DNA of 64,000 nucleotides from Tubulanus polymorphus (taxonomy: Eukaryota; Animalia; Nemertea): positions 12,990,451-13,054,450 of the forward strand of contig NC_134035.1 in assembly GCF_964204645.1 (NCBI RefSeq), read 5' to 3'. Shown piece by piece: positions 1-12,400 of the stretch (position 1 is the first letter of the stretch; each line of letters begins with the position of its first letter). A program made the translations under genes and the position numbers. The notes beneath the pieces are model-generated. The model was not told the origin of the DNA. It worked only from the letters and a program-made list of their open reading frames with translations, and made no database searches.

Positions 1-724
1 TTCATTAAACAACTTAAAATTTAAAGATTTAGTGGACTTACTGTTTAACCAGGGCAGGGATTTCTCGCAACCGTACATGATATATACATACACTAGCAGT
101 AAATACAATGTACTTCTAACCCTTATAAAACTTAAACTATTATTAGTTATTTTACAATTATTGAACGGCAACGTTGAAATGCGATGTGCGCTCAGAGCGG
201 CCGTAGTGATTTTGGCGTATTGTGGGATTCGAACCGCTCGGAATTTGTACTAGTGACGTCACTCGCCATCGACCAAAACAGGCTTTCAACCTTTTGCCTC
301 GGGTGGGCGAATACAAGATGGCGCACGCTACGTGGGTCTAACTAATTATTGAATGGAACCGATTCAATTTCAATAGCGGGCGGCTCCAAGATTATCCAAA
401 TGAGCTTGGGGAAGCTCCGTGTATGTGCAAATCAGGGTATCCAGAAAGCTATATAGACTGGTTGCCTGTCCCATAGACCGGTAACCAGTCTACTAAGCCA
501 TAAAAAGACCAGCGGTCAAACCGACCTACCATGCAACAACCAAAAACTTGACCGACATGAAATGATATTGAACTGAATGAATTTGGGGATGTAAGGCTGA
601 TTATGATGTCACGACGGACTCGTCTCAAAGATCATCAGAGACATAACCAAAACCGCCCCCCGCGGCCGCAGGTGACCCGAAACGGCGGGTCTGATAAACT
701 TTTTCCTTCCAACATTAATATGTT

Positions 725-830
725 TTGAACCCGTGACACCCTGTACATCCTCTATTCAGCATCATGATCACTCTGAATCAGTATCAGTAATTACTGGGTT
801 CGAACCGGGGACACCCCTGTACTACATAAT
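725..830. repeat. Partial copies (about 1.5 units) of the 68-bp repeat found at 2945-3415
   Basis: ctctgaatcagtatcagtaattactgggttcgaaccggggacacccctgtactacat matches the downstream array unit. Confidence 0.85.
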
Positions 831-1781
831 CAGTAGTTTGAGTCTCAATTTGTATATCTAATTCAATTTACTATGCGTAAAGTTATCATTTGGATAAGTC
901 TCTAGATTAAACTTTTTTTCTGCTCGTTTTTTCACTGAATTTGTTCCACAGGCGGGAATGAAAATTTAAAAAATATTTTTTCTTTATTCGACTTTTCTTC
1001 AAATTTCGGGAGGCGGATCCCGTAAACCAAGCTATCAAACAGGCCTTATTCATTGTGTATTTGAATGACAAGACGCGTGCAGATTTCGATAAAAACATCA
1101 GATTTCAGTTCTTTACAATTAATAGGAAGTCACTGATGATTGGGATTTTTCGTTCGTTTCTAAAGTATCGAACACCATAGAATTTATCGTCAGAAGTTCA
1201 TTTTTAGCGAGTAACATTTTTTTCGTCGAGTTTGATGTGACCCAGATGTGAAAAAAGCATATTCTATAAAACGTCACGTCATTACCACAAGCTAAAAACC
1301 AGTAGCGTGACGAAATCAAATCAAATCAAAAGTATCAGGTCGAACTTAGCAAGGCGAACTATTCTAACTGTAGTCATGCGTCATCCAAATATTGCTGGTC
1401 AGTTCTTGAATTAACAATCTGATACGAATTTTTTCGACTGGGAAACCAAATAAAGTCGACTAAATGGTTCACCATATACGAGATAGCTCACGGCCAGAAT
1501 TTTATAGTTTTTGGCATAAAAAGGAAATAGAAACAAACAAGAGAGATGAAAGTTGTTTGCAAGTTGCCGTTGAAAGGTTTGAGCTATTCGTGGTAGCGCC
1601 ATTCCATCAGAGTAACTCTGCTCAAGGACACTTCGTATCAGATACTGATTCAGATTTACAGGTTGCAGCTAGCGAGCGGAGCGCACATTTCCATTCAGAA
1701 AATTACACACTATTATTCTACATCGTGAAAGGGGCGTTACATGACGAGAGAAGGATATTCCACGTCTCTGCCGAGCATTGA

Positions 1782-2855
1782 ATGATGAGTTCTTCAAACG
1801 TTACCACTGTTCTGTTGCCTACTGTAAGAACCTACGCGGGAGCATGCGATTATGTACGGAGTAACTTGGCAATACGCTGGGAATATCAGTTCAGCGTTTA
1901 TATGTACATCTTCTTTTACGGACCAGTCACAATACTCGGTATCATTTTGAATATCATAACGCTTCTAGTTTTGAGGAAGATGAACAATAATGCGTATTAT
2001 TTAATTAAAGTTCTCGCTATTTTCGACATTTCCTATTCAACAAGCGTATTCGTAATGTACCCTCTACGCGCAATACATCTCTATATACATATAGGTGACG
2101 TCATTTTGCGCCAAGATGATTGGTTTTTTGGTTGGGAATTCATCCTGCCGGCATTAGCGCCTTATTATGCGTTTCAATTAATACGAAACTGGTGCGTCAT
2201 TCTCGTCAGTTTGGAAAGACTCGTTATTACAGTTTTCCCGCTAAAATCTAGATTGTTTTGGACTCGAAAAGTTGTGGATTTCATAATAGGTGTGTTATGT
2301 TTGTTTAGTTTCTGTTTCTTTTTTCCGCTATTTCTACCGGATCGAACCTATAATCCATTGCCCTGTATTCACGACCCCCCAACAATTAGTCAAAACGGTT
2401 TTATGGGTTACCCGGCATTCATTAATAGGTGGAAAAGTCTAAACCATGGCTGGATACCTGTAGTGACCAGCGTTATGGCCCCAATGGTCTCACTGGGTGT
2501 TATAAATATATCTTTAATCGTAGTTTTAATCGTCGTTAAAGTTTCTGGTGCCGGTAAAACTCGTTCTAAAAGCCGCGCCACTAACACATTAGAATTGCGT
2601 GTTTTACGAATGTCATTTGCATTAGTGGCCGTGTACATCGCCTGCGAATCAGTGCTATTTCTAGAAAAGCTACAGTATTTCGGTTTTCTTGGAATAGTTT
2701 GGGTTTATTATGGAAATGTGACAAGTGTAGAAACATCAATGATTCGGCGTAAAATCGGTATCGGAATGACCGTCGTAGATTCATGTATGAACTTTATCGT
2801 TTATTGCTTATCAAATAATAAATTCAGAATCGCTGTTAAACAGTTAAAAATGTAA
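1782..2855 (+). CDS. Intronless class A (rhodopsin-like) GPCR, FMRFamide/peptide-receptor-like or chemoreceptor-like
   Basis: 357-aa ORF with seven hydrophobic segments: TM1 GIILNIITLLVL, TM2 LAIFD, TM3 end NWCVILVSLERL (E/DRY variant), TM7 DSCMNFIVYC (NPxxY variant), helix 8 NKFR. Confidence 0.9.
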   Translation: MMSSSNVTTVLLPTVRTYAGACDYVRSNLAIRWEYQFSVYMYIFFYGPVTILGIILNIITLLVLRKMNNNAYYLIKVLAIFDISYSTSVFVMYPLRAIHLYIHIGDVILRQDDWFFGWEFILPALAPYYAFQLIRNWCVILVSLERLVITVFPLKSRLFWTRKVVDFIIGVLCLFSFCFFFPLFLPDRTYNPLPCIHDPPTISQNGFMGYPAFINRWKSLNHGWIPVVTSVMAPMVSLGVINISLIVVLIVVKVSGAGKTRSKSRATNTLELRVLRMSFALVAVYIACESVLFLEKLQYFGFLGIVWVYYGNVTSVETSMIRRKIGIGMTVVDSCMNFIVYCLSNNKFRIAVKQLKM

Positions 2856-2944
2856 CAAACCGGCCTGCCGCGGTCTAACTTTAAAATCTGCTAACTGATG
2901 ATACATGATATATAGTGCTTCATTCGGGATCAGGATCAGTTATT

Positions 2945-3415
2945 CCTGGGTTTGAACCAGGGACACCCCTGTACATCCTCTATCCAGCATCCAGGAATCA
3001 GTATCAGTAATTATTGGGTTCGATTCCGGGAAACCCCTGTACTACATCCTCAGCACCACTCTGAATCAGTATCAGTAATTACTAGGTTCGAACCCGGGAC
3101 ACCCCTGTACTACATCCTCAGCACCACTCTGAATCAGTATCACTAATTACTGGGTTCGAACCCGGGACACCCCTGTACTACATCCTCAGCACCACTCTGA
3201 ATCAGTATCAGTAATTACTGGGTTCAAACCCGGGACACCCCTGTACTATATCCTCAGCACCACTCTGAATCAGTATCAGTAATTACTGGGTTCGAACCCG
3301 GGACACCCCTGTACTACATCCTCAGCACCACTGAATCAGTATCAGTAATTACTGGGTTCGAACCCGGGACACCCCTGTACTACATCCTCAGCACCACTCT
3401 GAATCAGTATCAGTT
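2945..3415. repeat. 68-bp tandem repeat, about 7 copies
   Basis: Unit ctgaatcagtatcagtaattactgggttcgaacccgggacacccctgtactacatcctcagcaccact starts at 3061, 3129, 3197; contains palindromic B-box-like GGGTTCGAACCC. Confidence 0.95.
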
Positions 3416-4710
3416 GTAACTGACGCGGTGAAGATGGTGCTCCAGTAAAACACCTGCCTCTTCGCATAAACTTAAAGACACAAAATGACGATCACGTTGA
3501 ATTATGAATTTTGTTTATTTTCATATAAGAATATAGAAATCTGTTTTTGACATTGAAATAATATCTGATAAATGCATCATACGTTTTGCACGGAGCAACA
3601 ACTACAAACACAAACACACGTCTCATACAGACAACATTTCATACAAAACTATCTTATAATCAGCAAAACTCGTTTAATTATCATCATCAAATAAAGTCAT
3701 CACATTATTGAAGTCATCTTTATTTTTGAGTCCCGATTTGTATCTTTCCAATTCAATTTACACTAAGTGCAAGTCATCAACTATTATGATCAGCCCGATT
3801 TCGTCAACTTAAGGCAGTGTTAAGAGTTCGATAGTTGATTTCGAACTCTTATTCTTTCAAAGATTGGGAAATTAGTAAAATCTTCAAATATTTACTAAAC
3901 AGATTTCAACGAACAACTGATGAACTGGATTCAGAGCAACAAATATTCGATTATCCGAATTCAAGTGAATTTCTGAGTGAATTGCGGTATTTTTTCCATA
4001 ATTTTTTGCTCGAGTTTAAACTGCTCACATTCATCAACACGCTCTCTATCATCACACGCAAGCGCTACAAAAATTTGATCATATTTCTCACTACTACAAA
4101 TAAATTATGCCATCAGCGCCATCTACGAGATGAAACGTCTCGATTATTTACAAATAAACGTTATGTTTACGGAAATCGAACGGCGACGACGTCTGCCAAC
4201 GGCCAAGAAAACGAAGTTCCGACATATTTTCTATCGGAGAGAGATAATGAAATGAACTTAAAATGTCGGAGGAAAAGTATGAAATCTAAATTAGACGAGT
4301 AAACTAACTTCACAATCATCCCTCAGACAATCTGCAGCCTGGGCCAACTTCGGTTATCGTTGATAGTCAACTATAGTCGGACTAAGTGAAACCGAATATC
4401 AGTTAGTCGGAACTGTAGTCCGGAAATAGTGCGAAAATTAAGCACCATTCGGTTATTAAATCCGACCATTAGTCGACTAGATACGAGAACGGAATTTAGC
4501 CCTAGCTGTACTTTATCAGCGCGCAGTATGCACCATTTCAGATTATCTCTTGCCTATAGTCGTTATTGCAGCAAATAAACATACATATAAGTTAGTCACC
4601 GAGTCCGGAGAGACTGCTGTAAATATGAGACTCGAGTCGAGAGTCTCCGGAGAGTCCGTGCTGCCAACGAAACTAAGTAGAATCGAAATGAAAATAAAAC
4701 CGTCGAAAAA

Positions 4711-7700
4711 TCACAAAATGCTTTGAATAGCGGCACAAGTTTCATCGCCCTCGTCCCCTTCCTCGTCTCCCTCCTCCTCACCGCTGATATCCTCGTACTG
4801 CGGCGTACTCGCGTATAGTTGTTTAATAGTTTGTAAAGACGTGGCCCGCGTACCGGCCCGCGAGCCCGCTGGGCCGATCTCACCCTGCTGTAAACTCACT
4901 ATACTATCGATGGCGCTTTGCATTTGTTCGTTTAAAGAATCGCCGAATAAATCGTAATTAATATCGTTATAAAGAGACGCGGTGGTCGCCGTGACGACTG
5001 AGGGTAGGTCGCGATCGTCTCGTTCTATTAACGGGGGCGGAGTATCCACGGGAGATACACCGAGCGTATCCACCGGCGGAGATACTCCTAGATTAACCGG
5101 ACTAGGAGTATCTACTGTGTTCGTATTGTTGAAATCTGTTAATGCGAGTTCGTCGTCGTTGTCGTTGCTAGGCGACGGCGACACGTCCGCTCGGTAACTC
5201 TCCATTCGATAATCGGTATTGTTGTCGGTCGCCATGACAACGACGTCGTCGTAGTCGAAGTTATCGGTAGAGTTTTGACGGCGACACGTCGTCGAGAGTA
5301 ACCCTTCGATCGCCGCGTTCGCTTCCGACTGTAAATCGTCGGTCGAGAACTCGTCGAGATCTATCGACGGCTCGGTGGCGCCCTCGACCGCGAGCGGAGA
5401 CTGAGAATCGAAGAGACTCGCGATCGAATCGTGAGCCTCTTGCACGGACAGCGTCACCGACGACCGATTGTTGGAATGTGATGAATCGTTATTTCGAGGT
5501 ATTTGACGATGATGATAACAGTTGTTGCGTAATTTCGACGCCGATGATAAAACCTCCTCGTTCTCCTCCTCAGTTCGCTCGCATTTAATCAATTTTGGTA
5601 ACGGTTCATCGTCATTAAACGTCACTTCGTCGTCAGAATCGTTTTTAAGAACATGTTTGACGCCGGCTGCTGCTGCTCCTTGGTCACTATTCGTAGTAAA
5701 TACTTTCACGTTTTTGATGATTGCAGTTTTAGCGGGTATTGAGGTAGAAACTGGAACCGGTATCGAGCTTATCGTTGTCACTGACGACGATTGTTCTTGT
5801 TTTATGTTAACAGCGTTCGCAGTAACGGACGTGAATTCATCTACAAAAATTAAACATCATATATCATCAAATCATTCTTTATTTGTGAGGCTGGTTTTAA
5901 AAAATTGGTTCATTATTGGTTCCCTTTCAGACATTCAATAGTGTTAAGTGTGGACGATCAGTTTTTGAAAGTTTGCTGATAAATGTTTAATATCTGGTGT
6001 TTGTAGTTCATAATCAATTCATGTCTCGGGTAAAGCACTGAACACATGTGAAGTTTGGACGATCAGTTTTTGAAAGTTTGCTGATAAATGTTTAATATCT
6101 GATGTTAGTAGTTCATTTTCAATTAAAAATGTCTCAGGTGAAGCACTGAACACATGTGAAGTGTGGACGATCAGTTTTTGAAAGTGTGCTGATAAATGTC
6201 TAATATCAGGTGTTAGTAGTTCATTTTCATACAAAAACATGAAGTTCTGAACACATGTGAAGTGTGGACGATCAGTTTGTCTGGTGTTTGTACGGTAGTT
6301 CATTTTCAATTAGAAATGTCTCGGCCTAAAATGTCTAATGTTCGGTGTTTGTAGTTCATTATCAATTAGAAATGTCTCCGCTTAAAATGTCTAATGTCTG
6401 GTGTTTGTAGTTCATTATCAATTCATGTCTCAGGTGAAGCACTGAACACATGTGAAGTGTGGACGATGAAAATAAATTGAAGAATTGCGGTAAAGTATTG
6501 AATGCATGAGAGGTTGCAGGTTCACAAGCGACAAATTGAAAGATTCTTTTTACCTCTTTTTTCGAGCAGTAATTTTTTATCTTCGAGTAACTCAACTTTT
6601 TCGGCAGCGATGAACATTTTCTCCATCATCGTTAATTCTGAGGTCGGCGCCGGACGCTACAACAGACAATACGAACAACGCTACAACAACAACAACTTTA
6701 TGTCGCAACACATCTCAATACTGTTGATACTTTTTAGACCCGCGATCCAGCTCCAAAGTTACGAAATAGTTAAAATCAGTTCATCTTCATTCTAGTCAAT
6801 TCTAATTTCATGGTTCCCACAGTTCCATGAATCAAAAATTCCCAGGTTTTTCCCCAAGTATTTCATGGGTGATTTTTCAAGTTTCCCAAATGAAAATAAA
6901 CAGATAACATCCTGCTTCAATAAACATTTTAGTGGCGACTGGTCGAGGGAAATTGCTGAAGAAAGTTGCACTTGGCAAATGCTTTCGTGTAATGTAAATT
7001 AATTTCCCAAATATTTCCCTGATTTGAGGAAAACTTTTTAAATTCCTAAATATTTCCAAACTGGGAATTCTTATTTCAAAATTGCCAAGTTTTTCCCAAA
7101 TTCCCTCTTCCGTGGGAACCATGTAAATTTTCAACTGTGGAACCGGGTTTACGGTTAAGTGAAGTAAGTTCACTTTCAATGTTTAACTGATGGAGTCAAA
7201 CTGAACTATCTGTTGGTTTCTTAGTTTTACAGTTACACACGCGTAATTGCCATCAATGACTATCAACACTTACCACTGAATCGACCATTAAAAGATGCTG
7301 ATATTTCTGTTTTAAAAGATGAGCTTTATCCAACAATGATTGAGCATATTCTTCGAAACTGTCGTCGGCTAGAAAAAAATAACAATCAAATAATCACCGA
7401 TATTCAATTCTAGTTTAGCGATCCACCACCAGGTGGCGTGACAAATAGTTTAATTTTCAAACGAGCCCTTCCAAAGATATAAAATTCGGTCTTCTAATTC
7501 AGAAGAGAAAACTTCATCTTATCATCATTGAAATATCAAAGAAATTGAAGCGTTACTACAACTAGCGACACCTGGTGGTTCCTCACACGCCACAGTAGCC
7601 TTAAACGAACCCGATTATTCGGTTCATACCTTTTTTCAACACTTTCGGATGCGGTTCTTTGACGTGGTAAACATGATACGACAATAATCGACCCATCGCG

Positions 7701-9381
7701 TCTTTCACGTTCCGGAACGGATTCTTACAATCGGGATGAACTACTTTACTCTGATCACGCCAGATTTGTTGAGCAATGCTACAATACAAATACATACAGA
7801 CGAGGGTCACAAATTAATGAACTTTCTAATTTTCACATTTTTTTTCAGATCTTTACAATTGACTTCTTTCGTATCTTGTTTCGCAATGAAATACCAGGGG
7901 TAAGTTGCTCAAAAGTTGGTTAAAGATAACCGGCCGTTAAATACCATAGTTACAATGAAATTTCAATTGTCACCATATCAACTATCCACTGGTTAACTCT
8001 AACCAACCTTTGAGCAACTGACCCCAGGATTTTTCACGTTATTTCACATGCGTCAAGATACAATAGCATGAGCAGTTACTGATCACATTCGGATTAATGA
8101 AATTTCCTAAACATAGTTCGTGCACAAATTGTGTAAACTACAAAACAGATGCGGCATAGAAAGGGGATTGATCGCGACTGTCCGATGTAATTCAATAAAA
8201 TATCTATATTCTGTAGGGAGAAGCGCAGCGCGACTGGGGCAGATACGATACTTACAGACCCTCTTTAGTAAGTTGACCGGTTATAGTACGTTTCAACCGA
8301 GGTAGTGGCAGTAGATTCGTAGTAGCCGCAGTTGTCGTCGACGACGTCGTTTCTCGAGTCGCAGTTTGCGGTTCTATTTTAATACCGACAGTCTATAAAT
8401 ATAATACATTTAAACGGATAACATCGTAATCATATTTCTGTACAAATTAATCAGTGATCAACAGTAAGACCCTCAGTAACATCGTAATCATATTTCTGTA
8501 CGCATAAAACAAATCGAATCTTTATTTCTCAGCAGAAGAAAGAAACAAAAATACTGAAAATCAGGACCAGTTTGCAGCTGTACTAACCTGTACAGTGTTA
8601 AGAGCAGTAACGTTACTTGCCGTTGTTGTCGTTATTTTTGGAGCGATCACCGGTGGTTTTACCCGTAGTATCTGTTGATTTGAATTACTCGTTTGGTTGA
8701 TTTTCAATTGTTGCCGTTTCAACACCAGTTGCTGTTGTTGTTGCCGTAGAAACGACTGTCGTTGTTCCGGAGTCATCGAGCTGAAATGATGTTCGAGTTT
8801 CTGTTTTTGTTCCGGCGTCAAATTCAAATTGACAACTTGATTCCCGACCTAAAAATGAAGAAACAACAGTTCGACATTAAAACGCATTTTTGCAGCCAAA
8901 ACCTTTTCACGTCCCATTGTTGTTGTTGCCGTAGAAACTCCCTAATATTTCAAGAGGTAACTCCCATTTGTCAACAGAAAGAACAACAAGACACCAAAAA
9001 TTCTGTGATATAGAAAAAGAGTCAGAATTCTCTGATTTCAAGATGGGAAAATAAATCAGGAATTCCATGATTTACCCCGATCAGTAAGAACCGTGTAAAC
9101 CACAGAACTGCGGTAACTGGAGGCAGAATTGGAACTGAGGTAACTCGATGCAGAATTGGAACTGAGGTAACTCGATGCAGAATTGGAACTGAGGTAACTC
9201 GATGCAGAATTGGAACTGAGGTAACTCGATGCAGAATTGGAACTGAGGTAACTCGATGCAGAATTGGAACTTACTTTGATTTGAGTTTGTATTTTATTAG
9301 ATGACGGTGACGACACAACAGCACGACCAACAGAATGATGCATATTTAACACTGAATCACTGACCGCTTTCATATCACTTG

Positions 9382-9464
<83 letters not shown>

Positions 9465-12400
9465 AACGTTGATTTCATGATAATCGGTTTTAAACTGCTC
9501 AGTTTAGAATCGGACTGCGTTACCGTGACGTTCGGCACATTCAAAGCGTTCAAATTTAAATTCGGAATTGCGGTTGCTAGACGAGCGATATCACGAGAAG
9601 GTGGCGGTGGTTGTTGAGGGGTTGATTGTTGTGCGGTGAGATGTAGCTGCTGCTGCGATTGGTGGGTCGATGTGAGTGTAACGCATGACGACGACATGGG
9701 TGTCTGCAACAATCAAAACCAGTGTTACCACGACAACATCGGAACGACATTGAATAATAAATACAATAACAAGGGTATAAGCAGTATTCACCTGTATTTG
9801 ATTGGCCTGATGCTGAGCCATCACCTGAACCTGTTGAGCGGCCTGCTGAGCCGCTTGCGTCTGCTGCTCCTGCTGCGTCTGTTTCTTTATCACGGCTTTC
9901 GACGCCATCTGGCGGCCGTGATCGAGTATTTTACGTTGCACCTCGCCGAGTTGGTGCAGCAGGTGTTTCTGTTGCGGGGTCGGGTTCTTCAAGCCGAGCA
10001 GGTGTTTCATTTGAGTGTTTATCTTTTGCAGAGCGAGCTGAGCTTGTGAACTGAGTTGAACGGTTTGAGTCTGCTGCTGCTGCTGCTGCTGGACGCTAGT
10101 CGATTGCGTCGTCGAACTAGTCCGCACCATCGTCGTCGCCGATGACGATACTCCTATATTATTATCGGCGACACTAGTCCGGAAATCGTGTTGATTTAAT
10201 CCCGGATTATTCACCGTTTGAGTATTATTCCCGGTGGTATTCATAACGATATTTCCGTTTTGAGCCGCGATCGATTTGTGTCCCGCGCCGCCCCCGACGA
10301 TATTAATATTCCGTTGCGGTTGATTTAACTGAATCGATTGTTGTAGAATATTCTGTTGCGCGGCAGCGCTAGCGCCGCCTAGTATCAACGTTTTATTAGC
10401 AGACGGCACCATCTGTAATCCGATATTAGACGTGGGTATCGTACGCAGGATTATATTTTGCGCCTGTTGCTGGGTAACCGGCTGAGCGCCTTGAATGAGA
10501 ATCTGCGAATTCGCCGGCTGCGTCGAGAAATTCAAGAAATTCAAATTCGGCGTTGAGTTCAAATTAACGCCCATCGTTTGAACGGGTCCGTTGTGAAGGT
10601 GTACGGCACCGTTATTCAAGATGGCCGCCGCCGCCGCGTTATTTTGCGTTGTCATGGCGACCTGACCGGCTGATTGGTTTTGTTGTATGAGATATTTATT
10701 TCCGCCGGATGTTTGTATGATCGTTCCCTGTATATTGATAGGGCTTCCACCTGCTGTCGGTTGCATTGTTACCGTTCCTGAAGAATTCGCCATCTGAAAA
10801 TCAACGAAATATTCAAATTATTCTTTGTTTACGCTGTAAAGGATGGTCCATATTTTACTGTTTCTGTTTTCAATTTTACGTTTTGTTGAACCACTGTTAG
10901 GGTGGCAATTTTTATTAGATTCACTTTTCCCCTCTGTCTATTCCCTGATATGTTGTTTCCCTGATTTGATCTGCTAAGAATCCAATCAATTAACACAGTC
11001 AAACAAGCAAGTAACTTTTTGATTTTATGCGCGATCTCACAATCTCAACAAATTTCCCTGTTTTTTTTCTTCCTCTTTTACAAAATTCGACTTTTCCGTG
11101 AATCGTTTTAAAGAAAAGATAATTGCCTGACTTTTTCCCTGATTTTGAGGAAAGTGGCGCCACCATGATCGTTTTTATCTCTATTTTACGATGCGTTTCG
11201 AGGTGACTAGTAACAACTGACCTGATTTAAATTAATAATCTGTCCGTTAGGAAGTCGTAACGCGGTCGCGTTCGTTTGTAAATGTCCCGCGTTATAAATA
11301 TTGTTAGGCGTCACGCCGGTGGTCGTCGTGGTAACCACATTACCGATCGGTTTCGGCAGTATTTGAGGCTGCGCGAGTTTCTGATTGATGAGAACCATCG
11401 GCGAACCAGATCTGAAACAAGAGCATAACCGGATTAATCATCCTCACTTGCCACAAACAGAATCCTCCATTACCAGAGTTATAATATATAGCCAGCCACT
11501 TTCATTCAACTTTTTTCCCCGGACTTTTCCGAGACATGCGCCTCGTGATTTTCCCTGACTTGATCTGCTAAGAATCCAATCAATTAACACAGTCAAATAC
11601 GTACATGGTTCCCACAGTTATATGAATTTAAAATTCCCAAGTATTTCATGGGTGATTTTTCCAAATGGAAATGAACACATATCGTCATTCAACAGTCAAT
11701 ATTTTAGTGGTGACTGGTTGATAGAAATGATTGTGACGTGAAACTGCTGAAGGAAGTTGCCCTCGGCAAATGCAATATGTGAAATGTAATGAATTTCCCA
11801 AATATTTCCCTGATTTGAGGATAATTCTTCGAATTCCCAATTATTTCCAAACTGGGAATTATTATTTCAAAATTCCCAAATTTTTCCCAATTTCCCTGTT
11901 CTGTGGGAACCATGTACATAAGACATAGACAGAAACTGTTTGATTTTATGCACGATCTTACAAGCTCAACATATTTCCATATTTTCCTTAAGCTTTTTTG
12001 ACAAATTCCCTGACTGTTCCTCGACATTTTTTAAGAAAAGTAAAATACGCAGACTTTCTGATATCCAAGTAAGTGTTAACATTTCGAGGCAGGTTGTTAG
12101 TGACTGGTACGAACCTGATAGCATTAGTTGAGATGTTTGCCTGAGTCGCGGGAACATGTTGTAGTATCTGTTGTTGCGCCGGTGAAACGCACGGAGACGG
12201 CATCAACGGAGACCCGATCATCGGACTCCCGATACCGTGCGTCATCGGACTCCCCGTACTACGAGACATCGGCGCCATCTGGTGGCCAGCGCTATGCGTA
12301 GGTGGCATGATTGTAATACAATTGTTAGTATTGTTGTAATGCGTGTTACCATGGTTTGTATTTGCTCGTTGTTGCTGCTGCAGCTGCTGGAAACAAAATC

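Noticed and set aside
1464-1781. 105-aa ORF in frame with the GPCR, separated by a single TGA (readthrough or selenocysteine?)
   Set aside because: No recognisable protein features or SECIS seen; the GPCR has a normal short glycosylated N-terminus; more likely 5' UTR or intron
2945-3415. CRISPR-like or tRNA array
   Set aside because: Units are near-identical with no variable spacers and no cloverleaf; eukaryotic context with no cas genes
3835-4302. 155-aa ORF
   Set aside because: Non-ATG start, no motifs, lies antisense in the probable BICRA 3' UTR
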